The notes below the pieces were generated by a model. The model was not told the origin of the DNA. It made no database searches and saw only the letters and a program-made list of their open reading frames with translations. Positions 37,278 through 50,076 of a stretch of 64,000 nucleotides of DNA are shown piece after piece (the stretch's first letter is position 1; each line of letters opens with the position of its first letter). The DNA is from Octopus vulgaris (taxonomy: Eukaryota): positions 22,072,001 through 22,136,000 of the forward strand of contig OX597833.1 of the NCBI GenBank assembly GCA_951406725.2, written 5' to 3'. The position numbers were made by a program, and so were the translations under genes.

Positions 37278-38099
37278 CTCATTATTTGTTGTAGTTGCAG
37301 TTGTTTAGCTTATAATTAAGCAGAAATGACGGACCTACACAGGAAGATGTTCTAGACGTGATCATTTCAACTTTCGTGGGGGAGGGGGAGAAGAGGCCAT
37401 CTACGACTATATTAGAGTCCAAGCTAATGAGTCCCCGAAAAAATAAAGGACAACAAAGGAGGCACACTGGAAATAGCAGCCAAATCTCTCCCCAAATTAT
37501 ACCCTAACACCTTACAAAAAAAATGTTAGCTCATATGAACCAGGGTTCTCTGCACATTCGGGGACGATGGGATAATCACAGTGTAGTACAATTTAGCTAC
37601 TATTTCTAGCTGACCAAGCGACTTAGTATTAGCGCTTTTGATGTTATTCGGTAATTAAAAGAAGGGTCGTTGTCTAATAGACAAACCAAAAGGCTCTAAT
37701 TATCAATCATATTGGGACCAATTTTTTTTTCTCAGACCATACAACACACATTTTTCAAGCTAAGTTAGTTGCAATAAGTAATATTCAATGATAAGCTTCT
37801 AAGAAAACAAAACTATTAACAAACGAAGTCAAAACCGCTGAGTTCACGAAGTTAATTTCTCTATTCTAATTGCGAAGAAATTGTATAACTTTAGATGTAA
37901 GGGAGATAACTCTTAGAGACTTTATAGTATCAAAAATATCTGATGTCAGCATATTGTCGTTCTATTTAGGCCAATAAATTGAAAAATGAGCAAAATGCTG
38001 CGAAGTCCATTTGAAGATATTAATCAATATTATTAGAGCCTCTACACAATCGACCGACCTGCTAGAAATAGATACCACATTCAAACTACATCTTCATCA

Positions 38100-38480
38100 T
38101 TATCTTTTACTTGCTTTGGTCATTGGACTACGGCCATCCTGGGGCAGTACCTTGAAAGATTTTAGTCGAGCAAATCGACGCCAGTAGTTATTTTAAAAAA
38201 CGTTTGATATTTATTCTATCGGTTCTCTTTTGTCGAACCACTAGGTTACGGAGACGCAATCGAACCAACACCTGTTGTCATGCGATGGGGGTGATTGAGG
38301 ATAATACACACACACATCTTCACACACACACAGCGGGATTCCACACAGTTTCCGTTTAACAAATTCACTTAAGACACATTGGTTGGCCTGGGCTTATAGA
38401 AGACACTTGCCCATAGTGCTGTACTGTGGGACTGAACCCGGAACTACGTGGCTGCACAGCGAACTTCTTAAACACATGCT
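38100..38480 (-). mobile_element. SINE family A, diverged but CpG-retaining
   Basis: Consensus match. Confidence 0.8.
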
Positions 38481-38481
38481 T

Positions 38482-38532
<51 letters not shown>

Positions 38533-38584
38533 TATAAGTATATATACTATCCATTCCAATTATGAAGAAGAGAGAGGATGAGGC

Positions 38585-38640
<56 letters not shown>

Positions 38641-38709
38641 GGTTTTCCTACAGAGCCGACAAAACTATTAACGAACAACATCTGCTTACTGCGCAGACAG
38701 CCATAGAAA

Positions 38710-38945
38710 GTTCGGGCTCACAGACAATCGGTGGACCCGTGCAGTTGTTGAGTGGTACCCGAGCGAGCGAAAGAGACCACTCGGAAGCCCTGCAATCGGG
38801 TGGGAAGATGATTTCAGAAAAAAAATATTTGGAACAACGTGGAGAAAAATGGCGTGAACGCGAGGAGAATGGAGCGAATGCTGTGGTCAGCGGAGCCGAT
38901 TCGGCACCAGACAGTCTGGCCGACCCAGGTGATCCAGGTGACAGG
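38710..38945 (+). mobile_element. RTE-clade LINE 3' end
   Basis: TDNRWTRAVVEWYPSERKRPLGSPAIGWEDDF (RTE DNRW..V.EW.P...KR.RGRP..RW.D motif); tail CCAGGTGATCCAGGTGA. Confidence 0.75.
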
Positions 38946-39079
38946 GCTTAAAAGTTTGGAAGAACTGGAAAGTCGATTACATCGACTGGAGTGCTTGACT
39001 GGTTTTTATTTTATCGATCTCGAAAGGACGAAAGGCAAAGTCTACCTCACCCTACAAAGTGTTATGGTTTTATCTAATC

Positions 39080-39810
39080 TTATCTCTTACTTGTTTCACC
39101 ACCTTCAAGAATTTTAGTCGAACGAATCGACTCCAGGACATTTTTTTTTGTAAAGCTTGCTACCTATTCTAACAGTCTCTTTAACCGAACCGCCAAGTTA
39201 TAGAGACGTAAACACACCAACATCGATTGTAAAGTGGTGGTGGTAGTGGTGGTGATGAGGAGAACAAACCCGTATACGAAGTCAAACACAATACACTTGT
39301 GTGTATGTGTGTTTCGGGCTTCTTTCAGTTTCCGTCTACCATATTCACTCACAAGGCTTTGGTTGACTTGGAGCTATAATAGAAAACACTTGCTTAAGAT
39401 ATGATGCAGTGGGACTGAACCCGGAACCATGTGGTTGGGAAGAGAACTTCTTAACCACACAGCCACAACTGCGGCTATAAAAATGTTCAAATGCGACTGA
39501 ATGGCCGGAACCGGTATGAACCACATTAGCGATAACCAATATCCTTCTGTCTCTTTTAGAGATCATTATTGAAGAAAAGAAGAAACAATTGGTAGAAGGC
39601 GGGTGAGCTGGCAGAATCGTTAGCACGTCGGGCAAAATGCTTAGCAGCATTTCGTCTGACTTTACGTTCTGAGTTCAAATTGCACCGAGGTCGACTTTAC
39701 TTTTCATAATTTCGGAGCCGATAAAATAAGCGCCAATTGAACAGTGGGGTCGATGTAATCGACTTATCCCTCCCCCGAAATTGCTGGTCTTGTGCCGGAA
39801 TTTAAAATCA
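39080..39810. mobile_element. SINE family A (minus, 39080-39475) and SINE family B (plus, 39597-39810)
   Basis: Consensus matches. Confidence 0.8.
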
Positions 39811-39990
39811 TTATTACTGAAGAAATAAATCCACCGTCCCTCTTACAATTTCTTTTTCTTTTCTTAGACTTCATGAAACGGTAAAACGTCTGTGTTTTTA
39901 AAGAATAAACAGTGCAAGGGAGATAATTACCACAGACTGTCATCTCAATGTTTACGCGAAAGAAACCCACGTTTATTCACTCAGTAACGA

Positions 39991-40079
<89 letters not shown>

Positions 40080-40382
40080 ATGCGTGGCCTAGTGCTTTTG
40101 GTGTTACTCCCGATCGCGAGATTGTGGTTTCGATTCACTGACCGGGCCGGGAGTTGTGTTCTTGGGTAAAACACTTCCGTTTCAGGTTGCTCTGTAATCA
40201 CTTCGACATCTGATGTGTGGCACATTGCGCACTTGTACAGGCAATGCTGATTAGATGGAGGGAGAGAGGGAGCTAATGTGCTGCACTAAGCATTTGATCA
40301 CTATAAACGAATCATTTGTGCAGGCCGTTCGGTAAGAAATTGCGGAACCCTCATACGTTGTCTATGACAGGGAAATCCACCG
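40080..40382 (+). mobile_element. tRNA-derived SINE of another family
   Basis: GCGTGGCCTAGTG A-box, GGTTTCGATTC B-box and TTGTGTTCTTGGGTAAAACACTT. Confidence 0.7.
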
Positions 40383-40395
40383 CGCGCTCGCACAT

Positions 40396-40436
<41 letters not shown>

Positions 40437-40711
40437 TGTGTGTGCATATTTATAAACTTTATTTTATTCTGATTGAAGACAGACACAGACAGACAGACAG
40501 ACAGACAGAAGCTGTTATTGAAAGTGATGTCAAAGTTTTGTTTGTTGAAACAGTAAAACTTCAACAAGTCACGATCATCCTGCGAAACTTCGAGGTTGTT
40601 AGTAAAATTTATAATAAATCTTAAATCTTAAATAAATCTTAAATCTAAAGATTTTGTTGCAGTCAGTCAATGTATGTTGTTTTTATGCATATAAAAACAC
40701 ATGATTTTCAT

Positions 40712-40890
40712 GCATGTATGTATGTATGATTGTATGTATGTATGTATGTATGTATGTATGTATGTATGTGTGTATGATTGTATGTATGTATGTATGTATG
40801 TATGTATGTATGTATGTATGTATGATTGTATGTATGTATGATTGTATGTATGTATGTATGTATGTATGTATATATTATGTATGTATGTAT
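40712..40890. repeat. (TATG)n microsatellite with periodic ATT interruptions
   Basis: Visible directly. Confidence 0.95.
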
Positions 40891-41129
40891 GGAAGTGTGT
40901 AAATGTTTGTGGGAGGGGCTTGTTAACGAGCTGTAAAGTGAACATAAACTTCCAGTCATGTTGATATCAGTGACACCTCTTCTCAGTTAGCTGCAATGCA
41001 GAATTATGACATTGGTTGTTTTGTGTGGTTGACACTAATTATTATATTACATCTTATGTATGTATATATGCATGTATGTATGTATGTATGTATGTATGTT
41101 TGTATGTATGTCTCTTTTATTTTTTAAAT

Positions 41130-42160
41130 ATTATAAATCTTCCACTGAGGAGGGAGCCGGTTTCCAACGATGATACACTGTTCCATCTTTGGGATGTAGT
41201 TAACACAGACAAATCACATTTGGAACTTGAGAAAAGTTTTGCATATTTTTACTGTTCCACTCACAGATTGGACTTGTAATGTATAAATCAGCTGTTGATT
41301 TCTCTTCTGAAAATCCCAGTTTATCCAGATTCTCCTTTAAGCATTTACTAACAAAACCTAGTTTTGTTATTGGTATGAATATTGGTATGAATATGAATTC
41401 ATAGTCTGGATATAGAAGATGGAGGATTTGAAGCAGTTGTCCATAAATATCCTCTTTTTCCTTGGTTTTCAAAGAGATATTTATATCTGCAGGGTAGCTG
41501 ACCTCTATGACGATACATACCTTTGTTCCAAACAACAATATCTGCCCTGCTATGTTTACATCTGACAGAAATTTTGATGGGAATATTCCACAAGTATTCC
41601 TTGAGTTAGTAGTTATGAATGTATTCCATAACAGAAGGATTTTCTAAGTTTATTTCAGGGCAGTCTTTTTTATGGATGGCATGGTAAATTGTATTAGCAA
41701 CAACATCATGCTGCATAGGGAGGGAGTACCGAGACGACATTTTACGACAGCTACTAATCACATGTGTGATGTCTTCCACAGAAACATGACATAGCCTACA
41801 CATGCAATTGCACCTTGGGATTACAAGAGTGTCACTGTCTCTCTCTCTTGTTCACCAGGTACTTTGTAGCTATCTCCTGTTCCTGGATTGCAAACACATA
41901 GCCTTCAAGCTATGATGTGATGTAGTGGTTTTGTATCTAAGAGAGGTTGTGCTTCATGTCAATTCTAGCATCTTCAAGCTTCCAAGCAACAAACCCATGC
42001 ATGGTCTCTTTTTTTTTTTTTTTTTTGTATGCTGAATGCTTTCCATCCAGGTCTTCTCTGAGGTAAGAGAGCCCAGCTGTTTTGGGGCTGTATAGGAAAT
42101 CATCAGGAAGAGAATGCTTCTTGAGGAGCTCCCTGCCAACTCGTACAATGTTGTTCACTG
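41130..42160 (-). mobile_element. R4/Dong-type RLE non-LTR retrotransposon relic (zinc knuckle and restriction-like endonuclease)
   Basis: CRLCHVSVEDITHVISSC..HDVVA; WNIPI..HSRADIVVW..CIVIEVSYPADINI..KEKEDIY; C-terminal GTVKICKTFLK; several frameshifts. Confidence 0.88.
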
Positions 42161-42515
42161 TATGTATGTATATGTACATACAAACATGCGTGCATGAATA
42201 CATATATCTTTGTCTTAATTTAATTAGCTGAAATATTTACCTATAATAAATCATTCCTACATGAAATTATAGCAACTTCTCTTTATCAAGCGATGAATTA
42301 TTAAGTTGAACAATTTCACCATTGAAAGCTACTCGCTCATGTAAAGGCATGAACACACACACACACACAGATACACGTCGAGGTAATTAAAGAAAGATTG
42401 GTAAAGTGAGAGAAGAAATAAGAAGTATTTTGAGGAATGCAGCAAAATGATGGAGAATCATACCATCCAATATTATAATAAAACTTTTAAAAATTAGTTG
42501 ACAGAGTTTACTTAC

Positions 42516-42542
42516 CTTAGGATGACCAAGTAATGCTAGGAC
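42516..42542 (-). CDS. Candidate 27-nt internal microexon (VLALLGHPK, phase 0) of an unidentified host gene
   Basis: Reverse complement: ttctttctttttttattttcctgcag|GTCCTAGCATTACTTGGTCATCCTAAG|gtaagta. Near-ideal acceptor and donor, length 3n, and only phase 0 is open. Confidence 0.6.
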
Positions 42543-42849
42543 CTGCAGGAAAATAAAAAAAGAAAGAATTTACAAAATATGTATAAGCATGCACATACAT
42601 GCTTGCAAAACTGCATACACATATGCACACCATATTGATGGTATATAAGACAATATTTTTAAAAAAATAAAATGACTGAGAAAAAATTATCTCAGGTTCT
42701 CAAAGTTGAGCCTATGTTACATGCTTTAATGTACAAAAAAACTTTTTTCCTGAATATGTACTGCTGACATTGAACTGTGGCTAATGTGCCCATGTGTCTT
42801 TTATGCCATCAAACATGGTATCTATGGCAATACAAAACAACATAACATT

Positions 42850-43250
42850 GGTTTCAAATTTTGGTACAGCATCAGCAATTTTGACCTGAGTATTTATCGA
42901 ATTCCGAAGGAATAAAAGGCAAAGTCGACCTCGGTGGAATTTGAACTCAGAACATAAAGATGAACAAAATGCCTCTAAGCCTTTCTGCCTGGCATGCTAA
43001 CGATTCCGCCACCTCAGCACCTTTCTCTTTACCTTGTTGTAAGGTGACAAGCTGGCAAAATCATTAGCACACAGGACAAAATGCTTAGAGGCATTTTGTT
43101 TTCATTTACATGCAGAGTTCAAATTTCGCTGAGCTTGACATTGCTTTTCATCCTTTTGGGTTTGATGAAATAAGTACCAGTTGAGCACTAGGGTCAATGA
43201 GATCAACTTAACCCTTCCCTGAAATTGCTGGCCTTGTGCGAAAATTTAAA
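42850..43250. mobile_element. Head-to-head pair of family B SINEs
   Basis: Minus copy 42850-43025, plus copy 43041-43250. Confidence 0.75.
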
Positions 43251-43638
43251 ACTGATATTAAAACGTAAAAACTATCAAATATATTAAGTACAGTAATTTT
43301 ATAGTTAAATAAGGTTACTTTTCCATCACTCCAAGTTTTTAACCATGCTGCAATCATCAGATGGTATGGCAACTTAAGAGTATACCAAAAATTCAACTTT
43401 AACTCGTGAGAGAGAGAGAGAGGGAGAGAGAAAGAGAAAAAGAAGTGGAGAGAGAGAGAGAGGGGGGAGAAGGGGAAAGAGAGTGTGTGCTTATTTCTGA
43501 ATAATATTTCATTAACAAAAGGTGATTATTAGTTACATAATACAAATTACATAATAAAAGAAAAGAAAACTTGTCAAATCGTCAGAGCCAGGTAACTTTT
43601 ATATGCAAAATTATTGCATTGAAGAGATATTGACAGAA

Positions 43639-43678
43639 TTCACCAACTGAAGAAGGTCGAAAGATTGAAACGTCTGAA
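43639..43678 (+). ncRNA. Degenerate minimal hammerhead motif
   Basis: TTCAccaa CTGAAGA A GGTC GAAA GATT GAAACGTC TGAA. Stem II has a GNRA loop; stem I is offset by 4 nt. Confidence 0.45.
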
Positions 43679-44199
43679 GGTCTAATGACTCAAAGCTTGA
43701 AAGTTGATGTCTTTCAAATTGCCTGAAATTCATCCTAAGAGAAGTAATCCTTGTATGTAGTTGATTCTGAGCATTTCAGTTTCAAAATATGTATGGTTCT
43801 GATTTTATGGTCATTCAAAGTCGAAGTGCGAGTCAAATTTGAGGATTTTGTTCAATTTGGAACCATACTTAATCGCTAATATCTCAAGATTGAAAGATTT
43901 TCAAGCATTGAAACTTTGTATATGCAGCATACTCCCAGAAAACACAAGAATACATTACAAATAAAGAATAATGGGATACTATACATGTCTTAGTTCTAAA
44001 TGTGTGATTTTGGCCCTCTGTAAAACAATAAAACAATTTCAGGTAATTGAGCTAATTACATTCTGAAAGTAGAAACGAATATCTATTAAATTACCAAAAA
44101 TTCAGAAATTGGAAATATCTCATTGTGAAATGATTAATCATTGAATAGGGACTTAAGAGTCAACTCCACAATTTTTAACTCCCAAAAATCCAATAGAGA

Positions 44200-44590
44200 A
44201 CTTTTACTCTTTTACTTGTTTCAGTCATTTGACTGTGGCCATGCTGGAGCACCGCCTTTAGTTGAGCAAATCAACCCCAGGACTTATTCTTTGTAAGCCT
44301 AGTACTTACTCTATTGGACTCTTTTGCCGAACCGCTAAGTTACGGGGACGTAAACACACCAGCATCGGTTGTCAACAATGTTGGGGGGACAAACACAGAC
44401 ACACAAACATATACACACACATACATATATACGATGGGCTTCTTTCAGTTTCTGTCTACCAAATCCACTCACAAGGCTTTGGTTGGCCTGAGGCTATAGT
44501 AGAAGACACTTGCCCAAGGTGCCATGCAGTGGGACTGAACCTGGAACGATGTGGTTGGTAAGCAAGCTACTTATCACACAGCCACTCCTA
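44200..44590 (-). mobile_element. Full-length SINE family A
   Basis: Consensus match. Confidence 0.92.
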
Positions 44591-44869
44591 ACATGTTTTT
44601 GAAACAATATCAACAGAACATGGATTTCAGGCCAAAAGGATTTCAATTCTTAACAGTAATCTTCTTCTTCTAAAAAAAAAAACAAAATCAAAAAAACTAA
44701 CTCTAAAATCGGTGGGTGGGGGAAACCAAATACACATCAGTTTTGTGTATGATTAAGTGAGAACCCTAGTGATGGATCACTGGATCATTTGGTTGTTTGT
44801 AAACAATAAAAGTGCAAACTCTTTTTCTGGAAGTAATATTTTAAGAACAATGGTTTTATATTTTAATAA

Positions 44870-45150
44870 TGATGGATGTATAACTTTTCCATCATTTGCA
44901 TCAGTGACCACATGACTCATGACACACTTTCAGTTTATTGTTTCCAAAAGGCGTCTTTGGTTTTCCTGAAACAGCTACATTCCATCATCGCCAAAGTGGT
45001 TTACTTTAATGATGAAGGTGCCAGACAGCAAATTTTTGTCATCACCTATACGAGCTTGAATTAACTGCTAATTGGCATTTTAAATCTGATTCTGTTGGTG
45101 GCGCCATCAAACGAAAAGCAGTACTTGCAGATTTTGCAATGCAACTTTTT
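44870..45150 (+). mobile_element. DDE DNA transposase relic, probably Sola2-like
   Basis: ICISDHMTHDTLSVYCFQK..FLK..KVVYFNDEGARQ and ANWHF..DSVGGAIKRKA resemble Sola2-type ISD.L.H...YFSDG..Q and WHF..DG.GG.VKR motifs. Confidence 0.55.
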
Positions 45151-45159
45151 CGATCATAT

Positions 45160-45377
45160 ATTCTTTTCTACTCTAGGCACAGGGCCCGAAATTTTTGAGG
45201 AGGGGACCAATTGATTAGATCGACCCCAGTATGCAACTGGTACTTAATTTATTGACCCCCAAAAGGATGAAAGACAAAGTCGACCTCAGCAGAATTTGAA
45301 CTCAGAACGTAAAGACAAACGAAATACCACAAAGCATTTCACCCGGCGTGCTAATGTTTCTGCCAGTTCACCACCTT
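45160..45377 (-). mobile_element. SINE family B
   Basis: Consensus match. Confidence 0.85.
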
Positions 45378-45379
45378 AC

Positions 45380-47900
45380 AAAATTCTCAATCATATATTA
45401 ATACCCATGAGCTGTTCATACGTTTTGATTTTGAATAGCATATACGTATATTCTGCCAGTGAAATTGCCTTGAATAATCTTTTATTACTAAAAGTATGTC
45501 AACACATCGTTTAGTGGCATTTAAATGCACCTCAAATAAAACCAATGTAATATCTATTGTTATCAAGCATTATTACATTACATTTATAAATTACATTGCT
45601 TAATGGGCACCTACTTTGAAGAGGATGACTAGTGGCTATTCTACAGTTACAGGTGTGTGAATTATTACATGAAAATTCATGGGGATTTGAATTAGTTGAA
45701 TTTTTGCATTGCTAATTGTATTCTTTCACCCCATGTGTTAATGCTTCCACTGTGAGCATTAGAATGTGTATATATTATTTGGGCAAACTTAAAATAATAC
45801 AGGGCTGTTTATCTGCCAGTTAGACATTTAAAATTTATCTATATGGGAGAGTATGGTGTTGCTTCTATATTGGTGTGATCTTTGTTATTGATGCTCAAAT
45901 TAGTGGCTTCACCGTTTATACAATGGCGCAAGTTACGATGCCTACTGTTAAGATTATTATTATTAGTAGTAGTAGTTTGATGGATGATGTTTACAGATTT
46001 ACTTCTTTGTTCCTGTTCCAGAAATTAACTCTAGAATATTCTGCCGTTTGGTGAACATTAAGTTTTTCATTTAAATTAGGGTTTGTAGTACTACCTGTGT
46101 AAGAGAGAGAGACTGTGTCACAATGAGTACAGAACTTTTTCTTGATGTCTGTTAATTTTTGCACTGCTCTGCAAAGTTCAATGTTGTAGATTCTCTACAA
46201 CATCGGACTTTGCAGAACATTACTATGCACCTGTTGAAGATGATATGATATTTATTGCTAGACTTAAAGTTTTTGTGTAAAATATTAAAAAACCATTTAG
46301 GGATGTTAGTAACAATGTTTTTTTTTCCATAAGAATCATTATACCAAGTTACATTTCTTATGGTTCACTTCATCTGAGGGTGTCTGATTTAGAGAATTTG
46401 TCATATCTGAGTTTTTTTTTATAGGTTTGGGTGAGTTAGTGAATGTGGAATAGGGACTAGTAGAGGTTTGATAAGTTATTCTTCTAATGTCTAGTTTAGA
46501 CTTCTGGTTGCCTATACTTTTTAGAATGTTGTGTCTACAAGGAATATCAGTATTTCCTGTATTTTTATTTTTATATCAGGTATCACTTTCTGAGGTTATC
46601 TCTAAATATTATCTATAGAAATTATAGCCACCACTGATTTGTTATGTGTTTGGATACGAAACACCGTAACAAATCACTGCTGGCTATATTTTCTACAGAA
46701 AATCTGTTGAGATAACCTTAACATCTGATTTAATAGCACTGCTAACACAGTAGGATACAGTATTGACTTATAAAGCGTTTAATTTACTTTGTAGTATATT
46801 ATGGTTGCATAATGAAATATGGTGTCTCTACAAGTAATTAATATTCAGTTTTTTCCTGTATTGGACTGTAGATTTTAATCTATTTGCTATTATATATTTG
46901 TTCTCAGTGACAACTGTATCAGCTTACTAGGTTTTGTTTGGTTACCTGCTACTTGTTGATCTTTATCCAAACGTTTGGGTTTATTAATTTTTCTGCTTCT
47001 CTTTATGTATTTATGGCTATTAGAATCACCTGATTTAGTACTAATAACTAATATATTAGTTATTAGTTTACAATGTGTGTTATTTCCATTTCTTGTAAGT
47101 AGAATAACAGGGTTAGAATGACTATTATTACCATTTCTCTTTCTATGGGAATTATCGATCCTACTGGTATAGTACCCTTGTTCATCCAGAGGAATGTACT
47201 TAATCTTATCCTAAAAAAAATCTCACTTATTTCCAGTGCCTTGTTACGATCTTAAGCATTGATATTGAAAACATGTTTGCTTGCCAATAATTTTAAAACA
47301 CTAAGGGAAATATTTCTAACTAGGTTGTCTATTATGGATCAAGGATGGTTAAATAATCTGTATATATAGCATAAATTTTCGTTTTGTCTGTGGTAAGAAA
47401 TCAACAAGCCGATATATAACATCAAGAAAATTTATCTTTTTGGTATTACCGTTGAAGTGATTATAATTCTGAAAGAATCTATGGTGGAAAAGTTATAGTC
47501 CTTTAAAGTTAGCAGTGTTTTGTTCCTGTGTCCTGCACCAATTTCCTGAAAACTGCCCTTAAATTGATTTAGTATATGCAACTTGACCAAGTCTGTAAGT
47601 TGACCTGAGTCAGAAGAACCCATTAGAATGTTGAAATAATCCTCTCTTGATTCATGGGACCAGAGAACTTGATTGAATTTCATCAAATGTTTTCCTTGCC
47701 ATAAAAATTATATTCTGGCTTAGATTAGGGATATTTTTTATGAGAAAATGAGGAATTTATTTAGAAATACAGAGGAAGTGGAAGCATAATAGTTGTTGAT
47801 GTCGTGGAAAACAAGCTAACTCAGTGTCTAGTTGTAAAAATATAAAGAATAGAGACAAATAAAGGTATATCAAATACCATACAAGTTAAATTCTTGATTG
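45380..47900 (-). mobile_element. Heavily decayed Penelope-like element (RT, linker, GIY-YIG)
   Basis: Minus-strand motifs in order: FHDINNYYAS (about 47800), MGSSDSGQLTDLVKLHIL, NFLDV..NHP (about 47420-47340), WYN..TNIPK..NKYHIIFNR (about 46350-46230), TCNCR..PLQSRC..NVIYKC..YYIG (45660-45540). Confidence 0.8.
46593..46718. repeat. Imperfect hairpin of about 125 nt inside the Penelope linker
   Basis: AGGTTATCTC..TATAGCCA..TGATTTGTTA.GTGTTT and AAACAC..TAACAAATCA..TGGCTATA..GAGATAACCT. Confidence 0.7.
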
Positions 47901-48270
47901 ATTGCAATTATTTTCCTTTCACAAAACAAATAAACAACTGGTTTGTAGTAATTGTGGACAACTATAAATGAGAATTTTCTTCAATAATGTCATGCCATTA
48001 GGGAGAAAAAAAAAACTGATATTCTTTTATTCTTTTACTTGTTTCAGTCATTGACTGGAGCACTGCCTTATAGGGCTTTTTAGTAAAAAAAAATCAACTC
48101 CAGGACTTATTCTTTGTAAGCCTAGTACTCATTCAATCGGTGTCTATTGATGAACAGTTAAGTTACAAGGATGTAAACGCACAAACACCAGTTGTCAATT
48201 GGTGGTGTGGTGACAAACACAAACGCAAAGACACATAAATACACACACACACACACACATGCAGATATAT

Positions 48271-48573
48271 AATATTTTCTAATTATATACATAATTATAA
48301 CAAGGGGTTGGTTTTATGCCTCACCATGCACTGTAAGAAATAGATGCTAAAGTCTTTTTTACTACCTTAAAATCTCCGAGAATAACACACTTTATTGTAG
48401 GCAAGCAAAAGAAAAATAATGAATCAGTAAGGCTGATTATTACCTACAATAAAGTGTGTTATTCTTGGAGATTTTAAGGTAGCAAAAAAGACTTTAGCGT
48501 CTATTTCTTATTGTGCATCATAAGGCATAAAACCAACCCCTTGTTATAATTATGTATATAATTATAAAATATT
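48271..48573. repeat. Near-perfect long inverted repeat (arms about 130 bp, 41-nt spacer)
   Basis: 48271-48401 is the reverse complement of 48443-48573 with scattered mismatches; the spacer holds a small AATCAG/CTGATT hairpin. Confidence 0.9.
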
Positions 48574-49424
48574 TTGTAAAATTTACCTATAAGGTTTTTA
48601 TTTCTGCACTGGCTACCTGGTAAAATTATTATTGATTTTACCCTTTATTATTAAAATATATATACATGATGGGCTTCTTTCAGTTTCCATCTACCAAATC
48701 CACTCACAAGGCTTTGGTTGGACTGAGGCTACAGGAGAAAACACTTGTCCAAGGTACTATGCAGTGGGACTCAACCTGGAACCATGTGGTGTGGTCAGGA
48801 AGCAAGCTTCTTACCACACAATCACTCCTGTACCTATATATATATATTTTGAAGCTGAAAATTCAAGAATACTATTTACTGCCATTTCATCTCCCCAAAA
48901 ATTCTCCAAAAATGAAACTGGTAAAAAACTGTTAAAAATATTGGATGTATAAAAGTATAGGGTTTCAGGGATGATAAGAAGAGACAAATAGTAGTGGCCA
49001 ACAAGGGAGATAACTACATGAAAGTCAGGTTTGGTAGAAACAGAAGTAAACCATGAAACCTAGATCCTTGGTATGGCGCCAATGACACCATAAAAAACTA
49101 TGATACTCCATGTCCTGGATGTCACAATCATGCTATGAAAATTTGCTGGATACATTATCGATGATTACAGGTAAGTTCATGACCATCAATTCGCCACAGG
49201 GAAAGTTTATCAAGAAAATATATCCGTAGTATCTCACCATTAATAGTTAAGAACAATTTTATTGAAAAAATAAAATGTGAATTGATGATGTTGAACTTTC
49301 TCTCTGGTGAATTGATGGAGGTGAACTTACTGGACATGGTTGTCATCATTGCTGTCATTGTCATCATCATCATTGTTGTCATTTAATATCTGTTTTCTGT
49401 GTTGCTGTGGGTTGGATGGTTTAA

Positions 49425-49644
49425 TTCTTTCATTACCAACCCGGCTAAAACCAGCTTTGGTTCTGAGTACACATGTCTTGTTTTCATAAGTTTTGAATTA
49501 AAATCTTCCACCAAACCTTAGCCACAATTTATGTTCCTAACACTAGTTTAATGATAGCTAAGTTATTTTACTAAATTCTTTGTTATATTTAAAGCAATTG
49601 AAAGAAACACAGAGCATCTCAAAATAAATACAGTAATGAAAGGG
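49425..49644. mobile_element. piggyBac-type MITE (family 1) inserted into a family D element
   Basis: TTAA flanks (49421-49424, 49645-49648) and AAAGGG end; reverse complement of 56708-56929. Confidence 0.8.
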
Positions 49645-50076
49645 TTAACAGGAGCTGACAAGTCAGAAGATTTGTGCCAAGCCTTGTCTGCTTTGACATG
49701 GTTTTTATGGCTGGATGCCCTTCCTAATGCCAACCACTTTACAATTGTTTCATTTCCAAAATAACTCTGAAACCAACTATTTTTCTACCTGAATATAAAA
49801 CGTTTTGAGGTTTCAATTTCATGTCAAGCACAGCTTGTCGAAGACCATCAATACATAATTCAAATCCAATAGACCGTTGCCTGGTGATGCTTTGAAGCAA
49901 TTGTCAGGCAACGTTGGGTAACTCTGAAAAAAGGATGTAGAAATCTGGTTAGAGGAGTGATGTATAGGTACGAGGCAAGTACCTGTTTGCCTGTATGGTA
50001 AGTTACATGTATGATTCCACAATTTAAATGGTGAGGCTGATCCTGCGATGAAGGACTTTAGATTGAATATCAATGG

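Noticed and set aside
39850-39890. 13-nt plus-strand microexon (ttttcttag|ACTTCATGAAACG|gtaaaa)
   Set aside because: The donor is weak, the length is not a multiple of 3, and there is no supporting context.
49066-49176. Plus-strand exon ending at CAG|GTAAGT
   Set aside because: There is no good acceptor, all frames contain stops, and the peptide is unrecognisable.
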